Below, one piece after another: positions 53,886 to 64,000 of a stretch of 64,000 nt of DNA. Under the pieces are notes generated by a model, which was given only the letters and a program-made list of their open reading frames with translations, did not search any database and was not told the origin of the DNA. Source of the DNA: Malacoraja senta (lineage: Eukaryota). How positions within the stretch are numbered: the first letter of the stretch is position 1; the number at the start of each line of letters is the position of its first letter. The DNA is taken from NCBI GenBank assembly GCA_038087875.1, contig JAXLNO010000252.1:62001-126000 (forward strand), written 5' to 3'. Both the position numbers and the translations under genes were made by a program.

Positions 53886-54587
53886 AACACATAATTAAAA
53901 TCAAGCCGTCCACAGTGTACAGATACAGGATAAAGGGAATAACATTTTTTAGTGCAAGATAAAGTCTAGTTAAGTGCAATTAAAGATAGACCCAGGATCT
54001 CTAAAGAAGAGGATCGGAGGTCACGATAAGGTCTAATTACGGATAGTCTGAGGGTCTCCAATGAGGTAGATGGGAGGTCAGGACCGCTCTCAAGTTGGTG
54101 AGAGGACGGTTCAGTTGCCTGATAACAGCCGGGAAGAAACTGTCCCTGAATCTGGACGTGTGCGTTTTCACACTTCTGTACCTCTTGCCCGATGGGCGAG
54201 GGGAGAAGAGGAAGAGACCGGGGGTGAGACTGGTCCTTGATTATGCTGCTGGCCTTGCCGAGGCAGCGTGAGGTGTAGATGGAGTCAATGGAAGGGGAGG
54301 TTGGTTTGTGTGTGTGATGGTCTGGGCTGCCTCCACAACTCTGCAATTTCTCGCGATCTCGGACAGAGCTGTTCCCAAAACCGTGCTGTGATGCATCCCG
54401 GATAAAATGCTTTCCAGGGGGCATCCGTAGAAGTTAGGGAGAGTTGTTGGGAACATGCCGAACCTCCGAAGCCTTCTCAGAAAGTAGAGGCGTTGGTTTG
54501 CTTTCTTGGTCGTTGCTTTGATGTGGATGGTGAGGGACAAGTTGCAGGTGATATTAACTTGTAAGAGGACACTCGATGCGCAGGGAA

Positions 54588-54691
54588 GTAGGACGCACAC
54601 AGCCTGGACAACTGGACAATGAAGTAGGACTCACGCAGCCTGGACAACTGGACAATGAACTAGGACTCACGCAGCCTGGACAACTGGACAA
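54588..54691. repeat. 36-bp tandem repeat x3 spanning the butyrophilin-like stop codon
   Basis: gtaggactcacgcagcctggacaactggacaatgaa units. Confidence 0.9.
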
Positions 54692-57600
54692 ATCTTCAGT
54701 GGGTTCCCTGAAGCCGAGACGTTGAAGAAGGGGAGGAGGCCCCCCTTGAACATACAATCGCGGAAGGAGTGGAGGTGAGAACCAGTGCTGTCATCACAGA
54801 ACATGACCTTGCCCTCGTTGTAGTCAAGGTATACACCGATCATCTGGATCTTCTCCTGGGTGGCTTGGTGGATGGAGATCCGGGTGGAATTGGCGTCATT
54901 GACCCTGAACACCTTCCGGTGGCACCCGATGGTCCAGACCCCTCCCTCGGGGATCAGCGAGCTCCTGGCGCTCTCCTCCGCCTCTTTGGAGGCAACTCCC
55001 AGGTCCCATTCGGAGTTGCTGCCCACCGCCACCACCCAGTAGCACCTGCCAGAGGTGATCCCTTCCTCATCTCCGAGAGGTGGCTTCCCCATCACTAAGA
55101 TGACGGGCTCCAACCCCTCTCTGTCTCCAGAAGTGATCGACTGCCACTTGACACAGCGCACAGTGACCAGGTCAGGGGATACCTGGAGCATCGGGAGGGC
55201 AGTGTCGGGGTCCAGGGTCACAGCAACTGAAAGAGTCAACAGAGGTGGCGTTCAGGTTAAGGACATAGAAACAGAGACAATAGGTGCAAGAGGAGGCTGG
55301 GACTATCACAACATTTCCAAGTAAGATGGCAGGACTTTCATATGAAGAAAAACTGGATAGACTCGGCTTGTACTCGCTAGAATTTAGAAGATTGAGGGGG
55401 GTCTTATCGAAACTTACAAAATCCTTAAGGGGTTGGACAGGCTAGATGCAGGAAGATTGTTCCCGGTTTTGGGGAAGTCCAAAACAAGGGGTCACAGTTT
55501 AAGGATAAGGGGGAAGTCTTTTAGGACCGAGATGAGAAAAAAAAATTCACACAGAGAGTGGTTAATCTGTGGAATTCTCTGGCACAGAAAGCAGTTGAGG
55601 CCAGTTCATTGGCTATATTTAAGAGGGAGTTAGATGTGGCCCTTGTGGCTAAAGGGATCAGGGGGTATGGAGAGAAGGCAGGTACAGGATACTGAGTTGG
55701 ATGATCAGCCATGATCATATTGTATGGCGGTGCAGGCTCGAAGGGCCGAATGGCCTACTCCTATAGAAATATATAGAAATTAGGTGCAGGAGTAGGCCAT
55801 TCGGCCCTTCGAGCCTGCACCGCCATTCAATATGATCATGGCTGATCATCCAACTCAGTATCCCGTACCTGCCTTCTCTCCATACCCTCTGATCCCTTTA
55901 GCCACAAGGGCCACATCTAGCTCCCTCTTAAATATAGCCAATGAACTGGCCTCGACTACCCTCTGTGGCAGAGAGTTCCAGAGATTCACCACTCTCTGTG
56001 TGAAAAAAGTTCTTCTCATCTCGGTTTTAAAGGATTTCCCCCTTATCCTTAAGCTGTGACCCCTTGTCCTGGACTTCCCCAACATCGGGAGCAATCTTCC
56101 TGCATCTAGCCTGTCCAACCCCTTAAGAAATTTGTAAGTTTCTATAAGATCCCCTCTCAATCTCCTAAATTCTAGAGAGTATAAACCAAGTCTATCCAGT
56201 CTTTCTTCATAAGACAGTCCTGACATCCCAGGAATCAGTCTGGTGAACCTTCTCTGCACTCCCTCTATGGCAATAATGTCCTTCCTCAGATTTGGAGACC
56301 AAAACTGTACGCAATACTCCAGGTGTAATACTCCTGCACCTATTTTCTATGTTTCTTTGTTTCTAAGTCATTTAGACAGGTACATGGATAGGACAAGTTT
56401 AGATGGATATGGGCCAAACGCGGGCAGGTAGTACTTAGTGTAGGTGGGGCATGTGGGTCAGCGTGGGCAGGTGGGACTAGTGTAGAGGGAGTACAGCGTA
56501 GGTTCACCAGGTTAATCCCGGGATGGCGGGACTGTCATATGCTGATAGAATGGAGCAGCTGGGCTTGTACACTGTGGAATTTAGAAGGATGAGAGGGATC
56601 CTTATTGAAACATATAAGATTATTAAGGGTTTGGACACGCTAGAGGCATTAAAGGTACACAAAAATGCTGGAGAAACTCAGCGGGTGCAGCAGCATCTAT
56701 GGAGCGAAGGAAATAGGTAACGTTTCGGCCCGAAACGTTACCTATTTCCTTCGCTCCATAGATGCTGCTGCATCCGCTGAGTTTCTCCAGCATTTTTGTG
56801 TACCTTCGATTTTCCAGCATCTGCAGTTCCTTCTTTAACACAGAGGCATTAAACATGTTCCTGATATTGGGGGAGTCCAAAACCAGGGGCCACACAGTTT
56901 AAGAATAAGGGGTAAGCCATTTAGAACGGAGATGAGGAAACACTTTTTCACACAAAGAGTTGTGAGTCTGTGGAATTCTCTGCCTCAGAGGGCGGTGGAG
57001 GCTGGTTCTCTGGATGCTTTCAAGAGAGAGTTAGATAGAGCTCTTAAAGAAAGCGGAGACACAGAATTCAACGAAAGCATTTGTGTAAACCTAAAGAAGC
57101 TGGGGGTTTATCACTACCTAACTTTACGTATTACTACTGGGCAGTGCATATTAAGAACATAATGTACTGGTTGGATAGTTCAACTCACCAGTCGGAATGG
57201 ATAAGAATGGAAAAAGAGGAGTGTTTCCCGTACGATATAGGAACGATCTTGTTCTCACCAATAAAATTGAATAGTATAATATATAAGAAGAACCCAATTA
57301 TTCACAATACAATAAGAATTTGGAAACAAATAAAATTATCCTTGAAATTAAATAATCTATCAGTATTAACCCCAATTCTGAATAATCCTGCATTCAAACC
57401 ATCTCTTATCGACAAAACATATAAACAATGGGTAGATTGGGGATTGGGAAAGTAGGAGATATGTATGAACTGGGCAAATTGTTATCATTTCAACAATTAA
57501 AATTTAAACTGAATGATAATCAATATTTTAAATATATACAGATATGTGACTTTATGAAGAAATATATACATAGATCTCAAACTATATTTTTAGACCCTTT

Positions 57601-60600
57601 AGAAGAAGCAATGAATATTCAGGCCGATTCAGAAAAACTAATATCATATTTTTATAATAGTATATTAAATAGAGAATTACCCTCAACAGAGGCACTAAGA
57701 GAAGATTGGGAACATGAACTAATGATAAAGATCCCGAAAGATAGATGGGAAAAGTATCTGATGAATACACATAATTGTTCCATTAATGCAAGACATAATT
57801 TAATTCAATTTAAATTATTACATAGACTATATTATTCAAAAACAAGGTTGAATAAATTTTACCCAAATGTCTCTCCCAGATGCGATAAATGTTTGTTTCA
57901 AAATGCCAATATAACACATTCATTTGTAGGATGTACAAAGTTGAATACATTTTGGAGAGATATATTTGCTATATTTACAAAGCTCTTCAAGTCAAGAATA
58001 GAACCTAATATGGAATGGATTATATTTGGAATAATATTAGAAGATAGCAATTTAAACAAAGACCAAAAAGTATTCTTTAATTATGGGTTAATAATTGGAA
58101 AGAAATTGATACTTAAATTTTGGAAAAATACAGCTATACCAACTATTAAAATGTGGATTAGGAATATGACGGACATAGCACACCTAGAAGAAATGAGACT
58201 CCGCCTAATAGATAAATATGACCAATTCTTAAGGAGTTGGTCCCCTTTCATCGACGTTTTGGAATCATGTGATGCAGCAGTACCGTAAAGATTACTGATT
58301 TCAGGTCAGGTCGTGGATAGATTTACATCTCCAAACAAAGATTTGAAATTTTCTTTTTAAGGGTCTTTTTCTACTATTTCTACTTTCTATTTTTTCTTTT
58401 CTTATATACACACTTCACGTTTTTCTATTTTCTACTATTTATTTTTCCTCTTTTCTCTATTTTTTTTTCTTTCCCTTTTAAAAAATTTTTTACCTCCTTT
58501 TCAAAAACATAAAACTAGAGGTTGTACATAGAATGCATTATGTTATGACATAGTTGGAACCTAAAATTAGGTGCCACTATATTGTTTTGTATTGTATCAA
58601 CTTCTAATAAAATAAACAAAACAAAAACAAACAAAAAAAGATAGCGGAGTCAGGGGATATGGGGAGAAGGCTGGAACGGGGTACAGATTGAGGATGATCA
58701 TCCATGATCACATTGAATGGCGGTGCTGGCTCAAAGGGCCGAAAGGTCTACTCTTGCACCTATTGTCTCTTGTCTATTGACATGTAGGTCAGTGTGGGCA
58801 GGTAGTACTTAGTGTAGGTGGGGTATGTGGGTCGGTGTGGGCAGGTGGGACTAGTGTAGATAAGACATGTGGGTCAGCATGGGCAAGTTGGGCCGAAGGG
58901 CCTGTTTCTGTGCTGTGGACTATGAAAGTCACTAAAACAGTTGAGCAGAGACTCGGTGAGCAGAAGATCTTACCAGCAGCGTTTCTGATTCTGTCCATGC
59001 CTGAAACTGCAAGGAAGGAGGATTCAAGTTAATGAATTCAATGTGATTACAATCTGTAAACACCTGTAGGCAGGTAAGTCGTATCTTTGACCATGAGGTC
59101 CAACAGCACCAATCCTGAAACTTACCAGCTGTGGGGAGAATCTGAATCCTTCCTGAAACACAAGAGACCACTTATTAGAGGATTGACACAAAGTGCTGGA
59201 GTAACTCAGCGGGTCAGGCAGCATCTGTGGAGAACATGGATAGGTGACGTTTCACAGAGTGCTGGAGTAACTCAGCGGGTCAGGCAGCATCTGTGGAGAA
59301 CATGGATAGGTGGCGTTTCACAGAGTGCTGGAGTAACTCAGCGGGTCAGGCAGCATCTGTGGAGAACATTGATAGGTGACGTTTCACAGAGTGCTGGAAT
59401 AACTCAGCGGGTCAGGCAGCATCTCTGGAGAGAAGGAATGGTCGAGACCCTTCTTCAGACCGGTTGCGGAGAAGGGAAACGAGAGATATAGACGGTGGTG
59501 TAGAGAGATAAAGAACAATGAAGGAAAGATATGCAAAAAAGTAACGATGATAAAGGAAACAGGCCATTGTTAGCTGTTTGCTGGGTGATAATGAGAAGCT
59601 GGTGCGACTTGGTTGGGGGAGGGATGGAGAATGGGAATGCCAGGGCTACCTGAAGTTAGATAAGTCAATGTTCATACCACTGGGCTGTAAACTGCCCAAG
59701 AGAAATATGAGATGGGTTAGAGAGTCACCAGGTGCCACTTGTAACCTTCACAAATAGCATGTGGATGCACAGATCCTGCCTCACACACACACACGCACAC
59801 ACAGAGGCAGACACGCACACAGACACAACACAGACACAGACACACACACATACAGAGGCTGACACACACACGGGAGGGGCAGAGAGTCAAACCGTTGATC
59901 AGCATCTTACCCAGATCATGCAATGTATATGTAGCAAAACGTAGAGAGGTTACTCAGCGCCTCTCCCTGCTTCCCTTCCTCCCCTCCCTGCTCTCCTTCT
60001 TCCCCTCCCCCCTCCCATCCCCTCCCTGCTCCCCTTTCTTCCCCTCCCACCCCTCGCGCCCCACCCATCCCCTCCCTGCTCCCCTTCTTTCCCTCCCTTC
60101 CCTCCCCCCCCCTCGGACCCGGGACCCGGGATGGGGTCCGGACACGGAGCGGGAGAGCCGGTCACGACAGGGCTCCCCGGCGGCTCGGTACATCGAGCGG
60201 ATACGCCGAGGTCAATCCTATCTGGACGGGACGAATGGCCTAATCCTGCACCTGTTGTCTATAATTGTGAACCCTCAGCCTTGTGACAGGCGAGGCGGTG
60301 GTGGGGTGGAGGTGGTGGGGGGGATGGGGGGGTGGGCTTCTCAGGAAGCACAATGTTGCGGATGTTGGGGGAGTTCAGAACCAGAGGCCACACAGTTTAA
60401 GAATAAGGAGTAAGCCATTTAGAACGGAGACAAGTAAACACTATTTCACCCAGAGAGTTGGGAGTCTGTGGAATTCTCTGCCTCAGAGGGAGGTGGAGGC
60501 CGGTTCTCTGGATGCTTTCAATAGAGAGCTAGATAGAGCTCTCTACACAATAGGTGCAGGAGTAGGCCATTTGGCCCTTCGAGCCAGCAACGCCATTCAA

Positions 60601-62688
60601 TGTGATCATGGCTGATCATCCACAATCAGTACCCCATTCCTGCCTTCTCCCCATATCCCCTGACTCCGCTATCTTTAAGAGCCCTATCTAACTCTCTTGA
60701 AAGCATCCAGAGAACCGGCCTCCACCGCCCTCTGAGGCAGAGAATTCCACACACTCACAGACTGTGAGAAAAAGTGTTTCCTCGTCTCCGTGCGGATTTG
60801 TAGGTTAATTGGCTTGGTGTAAATGTAAAAATTGTCCCTAGTGGGTGTAGGATAGTGTTAGTGTGCGGGGATCACTGGTCAGCGCGGACCCGGTGGGTCG
60901 AAGGGCCTGATTCCGCGCTGTATCTCTAAACTTAGCTAAACTAGCAGAAGCCTTTCACTGTACCTCGTTACACGTGACAATAATCTATACTAAGCCAAGC
61001 CAAGCTGAACTAGGCTGTGGGGCAGGCAGCATCCGAGGAGGTAGACTGACCGACACAGTTTCGGGTCGGGATCCTGCCTGGCTTTCGGCGTCTTGGCCAG
61101 AATGGGACCCTCCGCACTACAGGGGAGTGTGTGGGGGCAGAGGGGAGGGGGCAGGGAGAGAGAGACAGGGGGGGTGGGGGGGCGTGAGGGAGGGAAGGGG
61201 AATAGGAGGGGGGTGAGGGAGGTGGGAGGGGGTGGTGGGAGGGGGAGTGGGGAGTGGGGGGGGGTGAGGGAGGGAAGGTGGATAGGAGGGGCGAGTGGGG
61301 GGGGGCTGAGGGAGGTGGGAGGGGGTGGTGGGAGGAGGCGAGTGAGGGCGGGACACAGGGGGCAGAGCTCTGACCCTTACCCTGACTCACCAGGGGCAGG
61401 CGATGATGAGAGGCGCCGCCAAACTTACTGCTGCTCGTCGGCCTCTTCTCGAGATCTGCCGGAGGAAAGGGATAGCATCGCCGTCAGAGGGGCCGAGTGG
61501 CCATGCACGTTAAACGCTCTAACCCTAACCCGCACGTTAAACGCCCTCCCCTTCCATTCTCAAACCCCACCCTTCCACCTCCCCCTCTCCGCCCCCTCTC
61601 TCTCTGAACTTCATCACCCCTGCCTTCACCCCCTCCTCTCGCTCCCCAACACCTCCCCCTTCTCTCTTCCGCTCTCCTCCCCCACACTTCGCCCCACCCT
61701 CCCCGCCTCTCTTTCTCTCTGCTCATCCCTGCTTCCACCACCTCTCCACTCTGTCTGCCTCTCCCCATCGGCCCGGCCCCTCTCCGCCCCTCCCCCCCCA
61801 CTCCTTCCCCTCCCCCCTCCCGATCCCTTACACACCCCACGGGCTGGACTCTGACGGTAGTGAATCCTGCACCCAGTCTCTGTGGACGATGTCTATGGAC
61901 ATTAAGCTTACTGGGAATGGTGGGACATTGGGTTGGGTAATAGACAATGGACAACAGGTGCAGGAGTAGGCCATTCGGCCCTTCGAGCCACCACCGCGAT
62001 TCAATGTGATCATGTCTGGTCATCCACAATCAGTACCCCGTTCCTGCCTTCTCTCCATATCCCCTGACTCCGCTATCTCTAAGAGCTCTATCTAACTCTC
62101 TCTTGAAAGCATCCAGCGAAACAGCCTCCACTGCCCTCTGAGGCAGAGAAATTCACAGATTCACAGCTCTCTGGGTGAAGAAGTGTTTCTTCATCTCCGT
62201 TCTAAATGGCTGACCCTAATTCTTAAATTGTGGCTTCTGGTTCTGGACTCCCCCAACATCGGGAACACGTTTCCTGCCTCTAGCGTGTCCAGTCTCTTAG
62301 TAATCTTATATGTTTCAATAAGATCTCCTCTCATTGTTCTAAATTCCAGAGTGTACAAACTCAGTCCCACCATCACACGAATTAACCTGGTGAACCGACG
62401 CTGGGCTCCCTCAATAGCAAAAATGTTCTTCCTCAAATTTGGAGACCAAAACTGCACACAATGCTCCAGGTACTGCATGCGTCAAGGTACTGCAGACGTC
62501 AGGGTATTGCCGCGTCTGCAGGTATCTCCCTGCAGGTCAGTGGGGGAGAGGGTCCAGTGGGCACCTACCTCGTATGTGTCGCTGCAGCGAGCGGTACAGA
62601 AGCCCCAGTCCAACGAGCGCTGCCACAACAGCCAGGAAAATGACCACAAATCCACCCATCCACTTGGACGTCCGAGGGAAGAACTCAT
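54667..62688 (-). CDS. Butyrophilin-like gene, 3' part: TM exon 62569-62688, micro-exons 61429-61455, 59126-59152, 58974-59000, B30.2 exon 54667-55226; Ig-domain exons expected right of the window
   Basis: Phase-1 exons splice in frame to DEFFPRTSKWMGGFVVIFLAVVAALVGLGLLYRSLQRHIR-DLEKRPTSS-RRIQILPTA-GMDRIRNAA-VAVTLDPDTALPMLQVS...GRCYWVV...IGVYLDYNEGKV...LLPFF. A TM exon followed by 27-bp exons and a B30.2 exon is the butyrophilin architecture. Confidence 0.8.
55325..56325. mobile_element. Two CR1 3' fragments tail-to-tail (55325-55765 plus, 55765-56325 minus)
   Basis: Near-identical RT C-terminus and 3' UTR in opposite orientations. Confidence 0.82.
56654..56841. mobile_element. Palindromic Penelope-terminus-derived insertion with 12-bp TSD
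   Basis: Near-perfect ~77-bp inverted arms at 56652-56806; TSD agaggcattaaa. Confidence 0.85.
57059..58638 (+). mobile_element. 5'-truncated L1 (ORF2 C-terminus, 3' UTR, AATAAA and A-rich tail) inserted in a CR1 3' end
   Basis: GGLSLPNFTYYYWA, QFKLLHRLYYS, CDKC...ITHSFVGC; TSD-like aaga(a/t)agcggag on both sides. Confidence 0.88.
59187..59435. repeat. 66-bp tandem repeat (~3.7 copies) of a Penelope terminal segment
   Basis: cacagagtgctggagtaactcagcgggtcaggcagcatctgtggagaacatggataggtgacgttt repeated. Confidence 0.9.
59782..60115. repeat. Imperfect (CA)n followed by a C/T-rich low-complexity tract
   Basis: Direct inspection. Confidence 0.85.
61130..61820. repeat. G-rich (61130-61350) and C-rich (61560-61820) low-complexity tracts flanking a micro-exon
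   Basis: Direct inspection. Confidence 0.8.
61940..62470 (-). mobile_element. CR1 3' fragment in the butyrophilin-like intron
   Basis: [14 protein letters not shown]...[10 protein letters not shown]. Confidence 0.78.
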
Positions 62689-63229
62689 CTGCAGGAGGCA
62701 GGAGCGAGTCAAAGGTCAGGATACAGGACATCCCCTGGGGTCATGCACCCCCCTTGCCCTCCCCTCATCCACCTCCCCCTCCCACCCCAGCACCCCCCTT
62801 CCCCCGCACCCCATCCATTGACTTGGCCACCTAGTCTGTGGCAATGAATTCACCAGATTCACCGCCCTCTGTCTAAAGAGATTCCTCCTCATCTCCTTCC
62901 TAAAGACACTTCCTTTAATTCTGAGGCTGTGACCCTCTAGTGCTAGACTCTCCCACTAGTGGAGACATCCCTCCACATCCACTCCCTCTTCTCCCCTCTG
63001 CCATCAGGCAAAAGTTACAGAAGTGTGAAAACGCACACCTCCAGATTCAGGGACTGTTTCTTCCCAGCTGTTATCAGGCAACTGAATCATCCCACCACAA
63101 CCAGAGAGCGGTCCTGACCTCCCATCTACTTCATTGGTGACCATCGAGCTATCTTTGATCAGACTTTACTGGCTTTACCTTGCACTAAAACGTTATTCCC
63201 TGATCATGTATCTGTACACTGGAAAGAAT

Positions 63230-64000
63230 GACTTCCGGTTGCGCCATGGAGCACTAAGGGCGCTGCATTGAGCTCCTCTCCCGTAAAAATCGCTAAAAAG
63301 CCGTTTTCAGAGACAGGATCGATTTTTAAAAACTCACCAGAGCTGCTTGGAGTCGTGTAAGTGACGTCATCAGAAATCAACGCGAAAATCGGGAGTTTTA
63401 AATGAGAAGAGAGAAAAGCTCACGAGCACCTAATAAAACCACTATAAGTCTCCAGCTTGAGAAAGTTTTGGATACTCTGCAAACGACAGATGAAAGCTCA
63501 GAAGAAGTCTTACAGCCAAGGATTTGTGCTTGAAATGGCTGTAAAAGGAGACAAGGAGAAGGAGGTGAAACAAATGCTTTTAGATATGACTGCTACAATC
63601 AATACTACACTGGAAAAGATGCAGAGTATGGAGTCTAATATGGAGACCAAAATGCAGAGTATGGAGACTAATATGGAGAGTATGGAGACTAATATGGAGA
63701 GAATCTCTCAAAAAATTGATGGTGCTTGTGGTGAGTTAAAGGAGCTGAAGAAGCAGTATAAGGAGTTTGATAAAAAATTAAAGTCAGAATGTGCTAAAAT
63801 GGAAAAAGACTATAATAAGAAATTTACTGATATACATGATAATATGGGGAAGTTTGATGAGCGAATGGAAGAGATGGAGAATGAAATTAAAGAGATGGCC
63901 ACGGAAATAAAGAGTTTGAAAAAAGCACAGAGATCTGAGGGGGAGCAGCTTGTGAGAATGACTGACAAATGTTTGGACTTGGAAGCGAGTTCGAGAAGGC
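63230..64000 (+). mobile_element. 5' end of an L1 element: CpG-containing 5' UTR and ORF1 coiled coil (ATG 63490 or 63535, open to the window end)
   Basis: Begins gacttccggttgcgccatgg; frame MAVKGDKEKEVKQMLLDM...KCLDLEASSRR ends in the L1 ORF1 DLExRSRR-like motif. Confidence 0.82.

Noticed and set aside
54667..55239. SPRY exon as a fourth TRIM of the A/B/C family
   Set aside because: It is highly divergent from B and C, and the upstream in-phase exons are TM plus 27-bp exons rather than the 23/119-bp TRIM exons.
59187..59435. CRISPR-like array
   Set aside because: Head-to-tail repeats with no unique spacers, no cas genes, and a vertebrate context.
61010..62029. Long Pro/Gly-rich ORFs
   Set aside because: Artefacts of G- and C-rich low-complexity sequence.

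Overview
Eukaryotic, repeat-dense vertebrate DNA, most consistent with a cartilaginous fish such as a skate or ray. This is an inference from the CR1, V-SINE, Penelope and Rex1 repeat complement and the TRIM type. The window holds an immune-type B30.2 gene cluster of four genes. TRIM-A (minus, exons 1-3) runs off the left edge. TRIM-B (minus, exons 4-6) lacks exons 1-3, which would fall in a 200-N gap. TRIM-C (plus) is complete, with 6 exons and 471 aa (RING, B-box, coiled coil, PRY-SPRY). The fourth is the 3' half of a butyrophilin-like gene (minus: TM exon, three 27-bp micro-exons and a divergent B30.2 exon). TRIM-B and TRIM-C lie in the arms of a ~14-17 kb inverted duplication (16201-32838 vs 36402-50079), and their coding differences are overwhelmingly non-synonymous and clustered in the B30.2 domain. 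The left duplication boundary is the 3' end of a decayed Gypsy LTR element that lacks a target-site duplication. The remainder is CR1, Rex1/Babar, L1, Tx1, RTE-X-like and Penelope-like elements; the Penelope termini carry minimal hammerhead-ribozyme-like motifs. All alignments and counts were done by eye.
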